Source: a virus (lineage: Duplodnaviria; Caudoviricetes). Taken from it: DNA of 36,343 nucleotides. Position 1 is the first letter of the stretch, and every line of letters starts with the position of its first letter. A program made the position numbers and the translations under genes. Under the pieces are notes generated by a model that was given only the letters and a program-made list of their open reading frames with translations, had not been told where the DNA came from and searched no databases. Below, piece by piece: positions 22,942 through 32,796 of this stretch. The stretch is from the IMG/VR virus record IMGVR_UViG_3300022930_000021, positions 1 through 36,343 of that record, one strand, 5' to 3'.

Positions 22942-24810
22942 ATGGACAAAAACAGCAACATTCTAGCAATCGTCCGCGGAGAGATTAACGACTTCATGTA
23001 CAACTCTATTGAGATTGTGCCTGGATACACGTTCAACCAGTACGATACAATCAAGCGCTGCCACCTTTATATCAACAGCCGATTCGAGGATAACTCGATG
23101 TACCAGGGCCGTGAGAAGATGTTCGATAACAAGATAAAGCCTAAGCGCGACCGAGTAGCGGCATTCCTGAATATCGACACTAAGGACATCAAGGTAATAT
23201 CGCGTTCTGGCAGCGAGAACCCATACAAGACACTCGTCGCCCAGAAGGAACTCGATAACTACCTTAAGGAGAATGACTTCGCCCAGAAGTTCAATGACAT
23301 GTGCGACGCTGCCGTTGATTTCGGCTCCGTAGTGCTCAAGAAGACCAGCGAAAAGACTTCAGACATCGTAGACCTTCGCCGTTTCTTCTGTGATCCTACG
23401 GTTAATAACCTACAGAAGTCCCGTTTTGTAACGTTTAAGTACCTATTCACTTCTAGCGAACTTCGAGCGAAGGTAAAAGACGGCTGGGATAAGGACGTAA
23501 TCGAGGAAATAATCGAGAAGAAGGAGCGTAACCAGAACACTGGTAATGCCGGCACCTCGTACGAGACCAACGGACAGGTGAATATGATCCGCTCTACGCC
23601 TTACATCGAGGTGTATGAGCGCTTTGGAGAGGTAGAGAAGGGCCTATTGAATAACCAGAAGCGCGGATGGGACAAGGAGTTGGTTCGGTCGCTGTTCATT
23701 ACCGCTGAGCCTATGTGGGTTTCTAAGACCGATATAGGGGAATACGCAGGCGAGAACGGCGGCGTTCTATTCAAGTCAAAGTGGAGCGGCGATTGGCCTG
23801 TCGATGAGTTTCACTACTACAAGACGCCAGGACGATGGCTTGGAATCGGAGTCGTTGAGCAGTTGTTCATACCACAGGAGCGCATCAACGAGTTGGTTAA
23901 TCAGAAGCGCGTATCGATGGAACTCTCGACGCTTCACCTGTTCCAGTCTAAGGACCCTACGGTGGTCCAGAACGTCCTCACAGACCTCGTGAACGGAGAC
24001 ATAATGATTACGTCGCCTAACGGCGAGATAACCCCGCTGGTCAACGAGGAGCGTAACCTATCTGCTTTCCAGTCTGAGGAGATCTACTACCAGGCATCGA
24101 TCGACGCCCTATCGTTCGTATCCCCTCAGTTAGGAGGAGAGGCAGTGCCTTCATCCACTCCAGCGACTAACGCCGTAATCCAGCAGAACAACGCCAACAG
24201 CGTCTTCTCGTTCAAGCGACAGAACTACGCTAACTTCATCCGACGGTATATGCGCAAGCAGGTGCTTAAGGACCTTCTCCGAAAGATGTCACAGGAGCAC
24301 ATCCTGAGATTCGTCGGTGACTATGAGGATATGATGAAGCTTTACCTAGGAGTTGCCACCTCTGTTACGAACAACGAGACCATACAGAAGATGCTAAACG
24401 GAAATATCGTCAGCCCAGAGGAGTACCAGGCATCGATCGAGAAGAACATGAACAAGCTGCGCGGCAAGAATGAACTCCACCTTATGGTGAACGCCGGCTG
24501 GTTCGACGACGTAGACCTAGACTTCGACATCCTTATCGATAACGAGCAGCAGTCTACCGATATCATAGCCAATAACACCTATCAGCTCATCCAGGTACTC
24601 ATGGCTAACCCAGCATGGAACCAGGATCCAGCAGTCCGCGCGCTGGTTATGGATTACGCCGAGAAGGTGGGTATCAACCCAAGCAAGATAGACTCAATGA
24701 CTTCGATGCAGGCACAGCAGCCGGCACAGGGCGGTCAGGTACCTAATGCAGAGCCACAGCCTGCAGAGCAGGTAGGCCAGGGAGCAACCAGAGAGACAGT
24801 AATGGCATAA
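22942..24810 (+). CDS. Portal protein (P22/podovirus-like)
   Basis: 622 aa between TerL and scaffold; W.GIGVVE.L...QE.IN...N and TPATNA motifs; Gln-rich C-terminus. Confidence 0.85.
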   Translation: MDKNSNILAIVRGEINDFMYNSIEIVPGYTFNQYDTIKRCHLYINSRFEDNSMYQGREKMFDNKIKPKRDRVAAFLNIDTKDIKVISRSGSENPYKTLVAQKELDNYLKENDFAQKFNDMCDAAVDFGSVVLKKTSEKTSDIVDLRRFFCDPTVNNLQKSRFVTFKYLFTSSELRAKVKDGWDKDVIEEIIEKKERNQNTGNAGTSYETNGQVNMIRSTPYIEVYERFGEVEKGLLNNQKRGWDKELVRSLFITAEPMWVSKTDIGEYAGENGGVLFKSKWSGDWPVDEFHYYKTPGRWLGIGVVEQLFIPQERINELVNQKRVSMELSTLHLFQSKDPTVVQNVLTDLVNGDIMITSPNGEITPLVNEERNLSAFQSEEIYYQASIDALSFVSPQLGGEAVPSSTPATNAVIQQNNANSVFSFKRQNYANFIRRYMRKQVLKDLLRKMSQEHILRFVGDYEDMMKLYLGVATSVTNNETIQKMLNGNIVSPEEYQASIEKNMNKLRGKNELHLMVNAGWFDDVDLDFDILIDNEQQSTDIIANNTYQLIQVLMANPAWNQDPAVRALVMDYAEKVGINPSKIDSMTSMQAQQPAQGGQVPNAEPQPAEQVGQGATRETVMA

Positions 24811-24814
24811 ACAT

Positions 24815-25075
24815 ATGATAAACACCGCAGAAAACATACAGAAACTAAGGAAGTTCACCGAAGACCCGGATTGGGTACTGATGGAAGGGATCATCAGGGA
24901 GTTCATAGAACCGCTTACTGATGTAACGACTATAAACAAGTCGCTCGGTAACGACGAGATAGCATCTGAGGTACGAGGCCGACAGATAACCATAGAATCA
25001 TTGACGAAGTTCCTCAATCAGACCAAAATAATATCAAGCAAGCCAATAGCGACTAACGTAACATCATTCAAATGA
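24815..25075 (+). CDS. Small head-region protein
   Basis: 86 aa, helical, directly after the portal. Confidence 0.7.
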   Translation: MINTAENIQKLRKFTEDPDWVLMEGIIREFIEPLTDVTTINKSLGNDEIASEVRGRQITIESLTKFLNQTKIISSKPIATNVTSFK

Positions 25076-25263
25076 AACACTCCCTGCAGAACGACACCGG
25101 CCTTAGCGCCACTAAGCCAGTAGATCCATACACGTCTAAGATCAAGTCAGAAGGCGCTACGTCTTCACCATCGTCTAAGTTGCTCGAAGGCAAGCTGGTC
25201 TCCTTCAAGAATGCCGATGGCAACGAGGCGCCATCACCTGCGCAGTACCACTTCGACAACTAG
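25072..25263 (+). CDS. Small hypothetical protein
   Basis: 63 aa; ATGA-coupled. Confidence 0.6.
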   Translation: MKHSLQNDTGLSATKPVDPYTSKIKSEGATSSPSSKLLEGKLVSFKNADGNEAPSPAQYHFDN

Positions 25264-25337
25264 TCCTCACGGTCTCGTCCGTTCAAAACGAAACATTAGC
25301 GGTTATCGCACCCACCAAAAACGACTAACATATCATT

Positions 25338-25781
25338 ATGTCTAATGAAAGCAACGCGGAGATAGACGACGTAGTCCTCGAATTAGAAGACGAAACCGTC
25401 GAACCTGAGCAGGAGATTGACTGGAAGGCTACGGCCATGCGGTACAAGAAGAAGCTGAAGGAGGCTAAAACCCCTTCGGCCCCTGCTAGGAATAATGACG
25501 ATTCAGACGTACGTTCCCAGCTCGCTCGCTTGGAACTGAAGACTGAAGGATATTCGGAAGATGCCATCGCATTCATACAGAAGAATGGTGGCAGAGACGC
25601 ACTCAACGACCCATACGTTACGGCTGCTGTGAAGGCTATTCAAGAGCAGAAGAGCGCAGAACAGGCAATCGTAGCGAATGAGACGACCAAGTCCGATATC
25701 GAGCGTAAGTTCACCCCAGAGGAGATCAACGCTATGTCGCCAGAGGAGATGTACAAAGTTCTGCCAAAGGCGAAGAAGTAA
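25338..25781 (+). CDS. Capsid scaffold protein
   Basis: Acidic N-terminus, helical, C-terminal FTPEEINAMSPEEM; precedes the capsid gene. Confidence 0.75.
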   Translation: MSNESNAEIDDVVLELEDETVEPEQEIDWKATAMRYKKKLKEAKTPSAPARNNDDSDVRSQLARLELKTEGYSEDAIAFIQKNGGRDALNDPYVTAAVKAIQEQKSAEQAIVANETTKSDIERKFTPEEINAMSPEEMYKVLPKAKK

Positions 25782-25847
25782 AGAACCTTAAAAACCCAAT
25801 ATTCCTTCGTTGAGGCAGGGCATTAAAATACCCTAACATTAAATCTA

Positions 25848-26768
25848 ATGGCTTCCTCAACAACTACGCTGTCGAACCTGATGAGTATCTACTACTCAAA
25901 GGAGTTCTTGGCACGCGTCGAGCTGGACACCCGTTACGATTGGCTCGCTACGAAGAAGACTATGCCCCGCAATAGCGGAAAGACCGTCTACTTCAACCGA
26001 TTCTCTCGCCTCGCAGTCCAGACCACCCCTCTTACCGAATGCGTTAACCCTACCGGCCTTGATATGTCGACGACTATCGTCTCGGCTACCATCGCGGAGT
26101 ACGGTAACTACGTTAAGGTCTGCTCCCTGTTCGAACTGACCTCGATCGACGAAGACCTGCGCGAGCACGTTTCCGTCATCGCCCAGAACGCTGCAGAGAC
26201 GCTTGATACGCTTATCGCCGCAGAGATGTCTGCAAACTCCACCGTTCAGTACTCGAACTCCAAGACTGCGGCTTCCGCAATCGCGACGTCCGATACTCTC
26301 GATGGCCAGGACATCCGCCGCGCCGTACGCAACCTCAAGAAGAACGGCGCTAAGGTATTCGCTGACGGCTACTTCCACGGCATCGTGCCAGTATCCGCAG
26401 AGTTCGACCTTCGTGCTGACCCGGAGTGGCTCGATGCTTACCGCTACACCGACGCAGAGAACATCCGTAACGGCGAAATCGGCCGTCTCCATGGCGTTAA
26501 GTTCATGGATACGAACGCCGAGGTATCGACCGCTGACGGCGTTGGTTCCACGAACGTCTACTCTAGCTTCATCGCTGGTCGTGACGCTCTTGGCATCATC
26601 TCTCTCGCTGGCCAGCCTGGCTCACGTATAATCGTTAAGACTCCTGGAGACCAGGACACGTCTAACCCACTCAACATGTACTCCACCGTTGGCTGGCACG
26701 CTTACTTCGTCGCTAAGGTACTGAACAGCGCATGGATCATCCAGATCCGTTCCGGTTCGGCAGTCTAG
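25848..26768 (+). CDS. Major capsid protein, N4-gp56 family
   Basis: MPRNSGKTVYF.R, PLTE.V.P, EYGNY, NGEIGRLHGVKF, SNPLNMYSTVGW; strong codon bias. Confidence 0.92.
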   Translation: MASSTTTLSNLMSIYYSKEFLARVELDTRYDWLATKKTMPRNSGKTVYFNRFSRLAVQTTPLTECVNPTGLDMSTTIVSATIAEYGNYVKVCSLFELTSIDEDLREHVSVIAQNAAETLDTLIAAEMSANSTVQYSNSKTAASAIATSDTLDGQDIRRAVRNLKKNGAKVFADGYFHGIVPVSAEFDLRADPEWLDAYRYTDAENIRNGEIGRLHGVKFMDTNAEVSTADGVGSTNVYSSFIAGRDALGIISLAGQPGSRIIVKTPGDQDTSNPLNMYSTVGWHAYFVAKVLNSAWIIQIRSGSAV

Positions 26769-26774
26769 TAAGAT

Positions 26775-26830
26775 AGTTCGTCGCGGGGCGCACCTGCAAA
26801 TGAATGTGCCCCGCAATTTGCCGATGAACT
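26775..26830 (+). other. Long hairpin after the capsid gene with no U-tract
   Basis: AGTTCGTCG/CGATGAACT outer stem and GCGGGGCGCA/TGTGCCCCGC inner stem. Confidence 0.6.
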
Positions 26831-26854
26831 TCTAAGGAATCTAATAAAACAACA

Positions 26855-27136
26855 ATGAATAGAGAGCAATTCCAGGAATGGATGAGAGCAGAGATAAGCC
26901 CCGAGTTATACATCGAGGATACGGTATTCGAGGACATAGACCGCGTTATGATAACAGTAAAGGGCAAGCATAATCCGATCTACATCTGCGCGTTCCCTAA
27001 GAAGGGCGTACGCGAGCAGTTCGACCCAAGTTATCAGTCCATCAAGGGCATACCGTTTCCAGACCTGTCTGAGATGAAGAGCAAGGTGAAGGTAAAACTC
27101 GATAACATACTTAACGACCTAGAACTATATGACTAG
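26855..27136 (+). CDS. Hypothetical protein
   Basis: 93 aa, A-rich leader. Confidence 0.7.
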   Translation: MNREQFQEWMRAEISPELYIEDTVFEDIDRVMITVKGKHNPIYICAFPKKGVREQFDPSYQSIKGIPFPDLSEMKSKVKVKLDNILNDLELYD

Positions 27137-27476
27137 CGAATACACTCCAGAGGAATACCAGAAGATAGACGCTGCGGCTTCCCTAATCGCAAAGGAGAAG
27201 TTTGGCATCACCAAGCAGAAGAACAAGCACTTTATCCTAAAGGATGGAGAGGTATATATGATTGGATTCGGTAACGGACCGAAGAACGATAGCAATCCAA
27301 AGGGATTCTACGCTTACTGGGTATGGTACAAGGAGACTCCGTACGGCGGCCTGCTTAACTGTGAACTAAAGGATAAGTTCGATTCTATCGATTACTTCCA
27401 GGCCTGCATGCAGAACGCAGAGGCAACCATATTCGAGATAAACAAGAAAAATGAAGAAGAAAACCAAGGGAAATAG
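27129..27476 (+). CDS. Hypothetical protein
   Basis: 115 aa with short overlaps to both neighbours. Confidence 0.7.
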   Translation: MTSEYTPEEYQKIDAAASLIAKEKFGITKQKNKHFILKDGEVYMIGFGNGPKNDSNPKGFYAYWVWYKETPYGGLLNCELKDKFDSIDYFQACMQNAEATIFEINKKNEEENQGK

Positions 27477-27831
27477 CATTAGGCATTACTATGTCGACGT
27501 TTTTGACACGGACATAGTTCTTGTTAGTTGTGAAATTAAAGATATTCTAGATGAACTATCAACCATCCTCCCTAAGGCGAGGCTTGATTTGATTGAATCG
27601 TCTTTGAAAGAACAGCCGATTGAGGCGTTAACCAAGGCGCGACAATACCCAATGGATGGTGGAGGTTCTGTGATATGGATCGGCCCGGAACAACCATTAA
27701 GTGTTCTTGTACATGAACTAATGCACGCTACATTCCATTTGCTGGAAGTTAAAGGTGTTAAATATTGCTCTGATTCCGAAGAGGTATACACATATTTAAT
27801 GGAGAGTATGTTTAAGGGACTTACTAGATGA
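27451..27831 (+). CDS. Small HExxH (zincin-like) phage protein
   Basis: LVHELMHATFHLL...SEEVYTYLME; AT-richer than its neighbours. Confidence 0.65.
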   Translation: MKKKTKGNSIRHYYVDVFDTDIVLVSCEIKDILDELSTILPKARLDLIESSLKEQPIEALTKARQYPMDGGGSVIWIGPEQPLSVLVHELMHATFHLLEVKGVKYCSDSEEVYTYLMESMFKGLTR

Positions 27832-28775
27832 ACCAGCCACTTAAGGTTTTACACATCAATCGCCCTAAAGACCTTTGGGTTGGCGGCGATTATGTGAAAC
27901 TCGAGAAGATAGTGGAAGGACTCACCAAGTTAGGCGTCGAGATAGACATATCCGAGAAGCCGCTGATTACCCCGGCAATCCTGATAAACCAGTACGACAT
28001 CGTCCATATCTGGAACTTCTCCATGCCATGGGCAAAGTACGCTGTCTGGATGGCAGGAAAGTGGAAGAAGAAGATAGTCTGCTCGATGACCTACTACAAC
28101 ACCGAGGCATACATACCGTACAACCTACAGCAGGTGATGATGGATCACCTGGATGCCGCCATATACGAGACTGAGGGCGAGATAGACCGTGCCAGGAAGA
28201 ACCTAAAGGTGAATAACTCCTACATCGTCCCAAACGGCGTAGATTCGTGGTGGTTCGAGCCAGATGATGGCAAAGTACCTTTCGAGCGCTATGTACTCAC
28301 AGTGGGGCGTATAGAGCCTAATAAGGGGCAATTAGAGACCGCTAAGGCATGCCGTGAACTAGGAATAACCTATGTTTGCATCGGAGACGTGGCTGATGCC
28401 GAATATTCCAACAAATGCCTAGCCGAGGGTGCCATGATGTACCCTTCGATGCCGCAAGAGAAACTGAAGCGTTGGTATAAGAACTGTGCCGTGTACGTTC
28501 AGGCATCCCTCAGCGAGACGTGGGGCATGGCAGTGGATGAAGCCGGAACCCAAGGCGTGCCTATCGTAGTATCCACAGGCTTCGAGAGACAGGACATTCC
28601 CGGAGCGATATACTGTGTACATGCAGAACAACAATCTATCACCGATTCGATACGCCACGCCCTTTCTCAAGAGAGAGACACGCGGTTCCAGGAAAGCCTC
28701 AAAGAAAGGACTTGGGATAAGTGCGCTGAGGAAATCCTCAAAATCTACGAAGAGATAACCAAAACAAATGAATAG
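27828..28775 (+). CDS. Glycosyltransferase, GT4 (GT-B fold)
   Basis: GGD, YDIVHI, VPNGVD, VGRIEPNKGQ, SLSETWGMAVDEA...GVPIVVS. Confidence 0.92.
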   Translation: MNQPLKVLHINRPKDLWVGGDYVKLEKIVEGLTKLGVEIDISEKPLITPAILINQYDIVHIWNFSMPWAKYAVWMAGKWKKKIVCSMTYYNTEAYIPYNLQQVMMDHLDAAIYETEGEIDRARKNLKVNNSYIVPNGVDSWWFEPDDGKVPFERYVLTVGRIEPNKGQLETAKACRELGITYVCIGDVADAEYSNKCLAEGAMMYPSMPQEKLKRWYKNCAVYVQASLSETWGMAVDEAGTQGVPIVVSTGFERQDIPGAIYCVHAEQQSITDSIRHALSQERDTRFQESLKERTWDKCAEEILKIYEEITKTNE

Positions 28776-29415
28776 ACGATTTAGCATAATCCTGCCTACG
28801 TTCAATCGTCCGCAGTTGATTAATAGGGCGATACAGGCAGTACTCGATCAGGATTACGACAACTGGGAACTCATCATCCAGAATGGCGGTGATCCGCTTA
28901 CGCTTCCATATAAGGACCAGCGTATAAAACTCTACAACGAGCCAGACGCCGGCATCACGGATGCTATGAATAAGGGTATGGCCAAGGCAACTGGCGATAT
29001 ATTCTGCTGGTGTAACGATGACGACGAGATCAACCAAGAGACACTGTCGTGGGTCAATAAGAACCTGACTAATGAGTGGGGCTATGGAATCATCCTCATG
29101 ACTAACGGCACGCAGTCGTTCGAATGGGGCAACGTAAGCGATACGGCTACGTTCGAGCAGTTGGTCAACGGTAACTTCGTACCACAGCCGTCCGTCTATT
29201 GGACTCGCAAGGCATATGAGTCAGTAGGTGAGATGGACATGGAACACGACCTGACATCGGACTATGAGTACTGGATGCGACTATGGAAGTGGCAGGAACC
29301 ACAGAAGTTCGATCGTCTAATGGCTATATATCACATGCACGCAGGACAGATTACCCAGACTAGGACTGAAGAGCAGATGTCACAAGCCCGAAAGTCAGCC
29401 GCTAAATACAAATAG
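28768..29415 (+). CDS. Glycosyltransferase, GT2 (GT-A fold)
   Basis: SIILPTFNR, AMNKG...ATGD, NDDD (DxD), QPSVY, SDYEYWMR. Confidence 0.92.
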   Translation: MNRRFSIILPTFNRPQLINRAIQAVLDQDYDNWELIIQNGGDPLTLPYKDQRIKLYNEPDAGITDAMNKGMAKATGDIFCWCNDDDEINQETLSWVNKNLTNEWGYGIILMTNGTQSFEWGNVSDTATFEQLVNGNFVPQPSVYWTRKAYESVGEMDMEHDLTSDYEYWMRLWKWQEPQKFDRLMAIYHMHAGQITQTRTEEQMSQARKSAAKYK

Positions 29416-29985
29416 ATGGAATACAAGATATTCGACAAACCGCATAGCCACGACATAGAGTTTTATAAGGACAGGGAGATGGCTGACCACATCAACCAGC
29501 CTGACCACAAACCACGCCTATTGAAGGTATTAGACAAAGTATCGGCAATCTTAAAGGACAACCCTGACTATTCAGTATCTGACCTCGGATGCGGCAATGG
29601 CGGCCTTATAGAACTCATAACGACGCAGAACAAGTGGGGATATGACCTACAGCCTAGCAACGTAGAGGATGCTAAGCGCAAGGGACGTAATGTAGAGTTT
29701 AAGGACTTCGTTAACGAGTCTGATGCTAAGTTCGGTGACATCGTGATAATGACTGAGACTTTAGAGCACCTAGTAGACCCTCATGGATTCCTTAAGCGAC
29801 TACACGATTCGGGCGTGAAGCATGTAGTAGCATCATGCCCTAATTACGAGAACCTGGACTTTCATGCGCCCTTCCACTTATGGATATGGAGTGATTCTAG
29901 CTTTGCAGATATGTTCAATGCAGCAGGATGGACGGTTACTAGCCACGAATTGGAGTTCTTCCAGTTCGTAACGGTACAACGATGA
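29416..29985 (+). CDS. Class I SAM-dependent methyltransferase
   Basis: DLGCGNG, GYD, ETLEHLVDP, terminal AAGW. Confidence 0.9.
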   Translation: MEYKIFDKPHSHDIEFYKDREMADHINQPDHKPRLLKVLDKVSAILKDNPDYSVSDLGCGNGGLIELITTQNKWGYDLQPSNVEDAKRKGRNVEFKDFVNESDAKFGDIVIMTETLEHLVDPHGFLKRLHDSGVKHVVASCPNYENLDFHAPFHLWIWSDSSFADMFNAAGWTVTSHELEFFQFVTVQR

Positions 29986-30875
29986 AAAGAGTATTAATAA
30001 CTGGCGGGGAAGGGTTCGTAGGTCGTGCGTTTAGGCGTTACTTTGCAACCCTAAAACCACCACACAAGGTAAGGACGGTGATTATCGACATAAAGGGTGA
30101 TGGTATGGACTGCCGAAAGTTCTTCAAGTCGGTAACAAATACTAAATATGACCTCGTAATCCATCTCGCTGCCATTGTCGGCGGGCGAATGACTATTGAA
30201 GGAAACCCGATATCAGTCGCTACAGACCTATCCATAGACGCTGAGATGTTCAATTGGGCATTACGCACTAAGCAACCTCGAGTAGTCTATTTCTCTAGCA
30301 GTGCCGCGTACCCTACTTTCTTGCAAGACCCTGTGATGTACCCTCAAAGAATACTCAAGGAGGACGATATAGATTTAGAAATGATAAGCAACCCTGACAT
30401 GACCTATGGTTGGGCTAAGTTAACGGGTGAGATGCTGGCTGAGTATGCTCGAAAGTCAGGTATAGCCGTTCATGTATTCAGACCGTTCTCTGGTTATGGA
30501 GAAGACCAAGACCTCGACTACCCTTTTCCATCATTCATAAAACGAGCAAAGGATAAAGTGGATGAGTTCGAGATATGGGGTGACGGTAATCAGGTCCGTG
30601 ACTTCATTCACATAGACGACATAGTAGGAGCGGTCATGAAGGCAGTAGAAATTGATATACAGGAGCCCATCAACCTCGGTTCAGGCGTTGCTACGTCGTT
30701 TAATGAACTAGCAGAGAAGGTGATGGATATATCAGGCCATAAAGTACCTATAGTACATCGACTAGAGAAGCCAATAGGCGTACAATATAGGGTATCGGAC
30801 AACTCTAAGATGCTTAAGTTTTACACTCCAAAGATTTCACTCGAAGAAGGTATCAGACGCTCACTAAATGCCTAA
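29982..30875 (+). CDS. NAD-dependent nucleotide-sugar epimerase/dehydratase (extended SDR)
   Basis: TGGEGFVG, IHLAA, SSSAAY, YGWAK (YxxxK), GDGNQVRDFIHIDD. Confidence 0.95.
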   Translation: MKRVLITGGEGFVGRAFRRYFATLKPPHKVRTVIIDIKGDGMDCRKFFKSVTNTKYDLVIHLAAIVGGRMTIEGNPISVATDLSIDAEMFNWALRTKQPRVVYFSSSAAYPTFLQDPVMYPQRILKEDDIDLEMISNPDMTYGWAKLTGEMLAEYARKSGIAVHVFRPFSGYGEDQDLDYPFPSFIKRAKDKVDEFEIWGDGNQVRDFIHIDDIVGAVMKAVEIDIQEPINLGSGVATSFNELAEKVMDISGHKVPIVHRLEKPIGVQYRVSDNSKMLKFYTPKISLEEGIRRSLNA

Positions 30876-32022
30876 GAAACGAATTGCACTTATCGGTACT
30901 GATTGGAACGCTAACTCATATAGGCGTCTAAACAACGTACCCGGGGCTATTTCCACTTATCGCCTCATATATCCCATGAGATTCCTGTCGGAATACTACG
31001 ATATCCGCTATTACGGATCTGATTTCGTGCCAAAGGACGGCATATCGACCGAGGAATTCTATGAGAACCTGTTCAACGACTACGATTTGGTCATTTCCAA
31101 GGTAACTGACAACCCGCAAGCAGCAGCGATGCTTCGTTTCTTCGCGACTCGCAATAATGTTCCCCTAGTCGTTGATATAGACGATAATATATGGGAACTA
31201 AAGCCAGATCAGCCTGGATATAAGGCATATGAGAAGGGAGGACAGACGTTAGCGATAGCATCTACCTATGTTTCCCTTGCTGATGCGGTGTTTTGCTCTA
31301 CGAAACCACTCGCTGAGTACATACAAAAGCGCATTAAGGCGGTATTCAACGAAGATAAGAATACGTTCGTACTACCTAACTGCGTAGATACTTCTGATTA
31401 CTCTCAATACGAACGCGCTCAGCGTGATCCTTCGACTATAGTGATAGGTTGGCAGGGATCAACGACCCATCACGAGGACCTACGCATAGCGATGCCGGCA
31501 ATTAATCGCCTGTTGGTTGAATACCCAAACCTATATTTGGAACTATTAGGAGGCGTATCGGACGAGATGGTAGCAGACCTATTCAATGGAATGGACGAAA
31601 CAGTACTTGATAGGGTTATGACTAAGGGCGGGGTTCCAGCATTTGATACGTTTCCCCATTTGTTGTCTCAGCAGGCATGGGATATAGCGATTGCGCCGCT
31701 TACTGATGAGCCATTCAATCATGCAAAGAGCCATATCAAATGGATGGAATACGCCATGTTCGGCATACCGTGCGTAGCGTCTAAGGTATATCCGTATTAC
31801 ATGCCAGTACAAGACGTCCATACTATCAATGACGGCGAGACAGGAGTCCTAGCTGGACCGGATCAATGGTATAACAAGTTAAAGTACTTGATTGATGAAC
31901 CGACTAAGGCAGATACTATAGGAAGAAACGCTAAAGAATACGTCTCTAACCATTGGCACATGAGAAAACACGCGCATAAGTGGAAGGAAGCGATTGATTC
32001 GTTGATAAATACGCAGGGGTAA
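30868..32022 (+). CDS. Glycosyltransferase, GT4-like
   Basis: YRL..P, VDIDD, LPN.VD, IGWQGSTTH, DIAIAPL...KSHIKWMEY...P.VAS. Confidence 0.85.
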   Translation: MPKKRIALIGTDWNANSYRRLNNVPGAISTYRLIYPMRFLSEYYDIRYYGSDFVPKDGISTEEFYENLFNDYDLVISKVTDNPQAAAMLRFFATRNNVPLVVDIDDNIWELKPDQPGYKAYEKGGQTLAIASTYVSLADAVFCSTKPLAEYIQKRIKAVFNEDKNTFVLPNCVDTSDYSQYERAQRDPSTIVIGWQGSTTHHEDLRIAMPAINRLLVEYPNLYLELLGGVSDEMVADLFNGMDETVLDRVMTKGGVPAFDTFPHLLSQQAWDIAIAPLTDEPFNHAKSHIKWMEYAMFGIPCVASKVYPYYMPVQDVHTINDGETGVLAGPDQWYNKLKYLIDEPTKADTIGRNAKEYVSNHWHMRKHAHKWKEAIDSLINTQG

Positions 32023-32048
32023 GACCGCAACCTTGTCCCTGCTTCCTT
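32013..32048 (+). terminator. Hairpin (weak terminator) ending the glycosylation cassette
   Basis: GCAGGGGTAAG-ACCGCAAC-CTTGTCCCTGC then TTCCTT. Confidence 0.5.
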
Positions 32049-32058
32049 GTCCGCGAAT

Positions 32059-32094
32059 TAAGTTATATAATAAGACTGCTAGAGTTGCGGTAGC
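32059..32094 (+). promoter_or_regulatory. Late promoter plus GTTGCGG leader hairpin
   Basis: TAAGTTATATAAT 32059-32071 (identical to 22897-22909); GCTA-GAGTTGCGG-TAGC. Confidence 0.6.
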
Positions 32095-32109
32095 CTAGCC
32101 AAAACTACC

Positions 32110-32796
32110 GTGATTTACACTGATATACTAAGCGACGCACTTGAGTACGCTAAAACTGACGCGAACCGCTATCCTGTAGCGACGCGCACAGCTAGCGCTA
32201 ACCGGGCGATGGAACGAATAACCAGCCTGATACGAAAAGCGGAGGGTCGATGGCAGTACCAGGACGCTAATGATGTTAACCCGCCATATGGTACGACTAA
32301 CATAGTATCTGGTACGGGTTCGTATCCTATAGACGTCACCTGGCTTCGCGTTCAGAAGGTCGAGGCGCTCGATGCTAACGGAAACTACAGGACGCTCATA
32401 CCTTTCGACATTAAAGACCCTCGATGCGAGGGTTACAGCAATCTCCTGAACTCTACGGGCGATCCGTTGATGTACGACAAGGTTGGCAACAACTTCATAC
32501 TCGCGCCTAATCCTAATTATAGCCGTACGAGCGGATTGCGTACCTGGTACGAAGGAAATACGAGTTACTTCGCCACATCCGATACGACCAAGGCACCAGG
32601 ATTCAACACCCTATATCACCGATTGGTTCCTATGTGGATGGCTTACGATTATGCCTTGATAAACTCATTGAACATTAAGGACTCGCTGCGACAGGAAATC
32701 CAGATACTTGAAGCCGAACTGTTGAACTCATACGCCCTTCGAGACCGTGACGAGCATGTGAAAATAGCCGTTAGGCCTTACAATCGATTCCGATGA
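32110..32796 (+). CDS. Head-to-tail adaptor (podovirus-type)
   Basis: 228 aa, GTG start; G...Y..., LAPNP, P.F..LYH.L pattern; position before the nozzle-like gene. Confidence 0.65.
   Translation: MIYTDILSDALEYAKTDANRYPVATRTASANRAMERITSLIRKAEGRWQYQDANDVNPPYGTTNIVSGTGSYPIDVTWLRVQKVEALDANGNYRTLIPFDIKDPRCEGYSNLLNSTGDPLMYDKVGNNFILAPNPNYSRTSGLRTWYEGNTSYFATSDTTKAPGFNTLYHRLVPMWMAYDYALINSLNIKDSLRQEIQILEAELLNSYALRDRDEHVKIAVRPYNRFR

Noticed and set aside
25276-25282. CGTCCGT in the scaffold leader matching candidate sRNA A (19131-19137)
   Set aside because: A 7-nt match is within chance expectation
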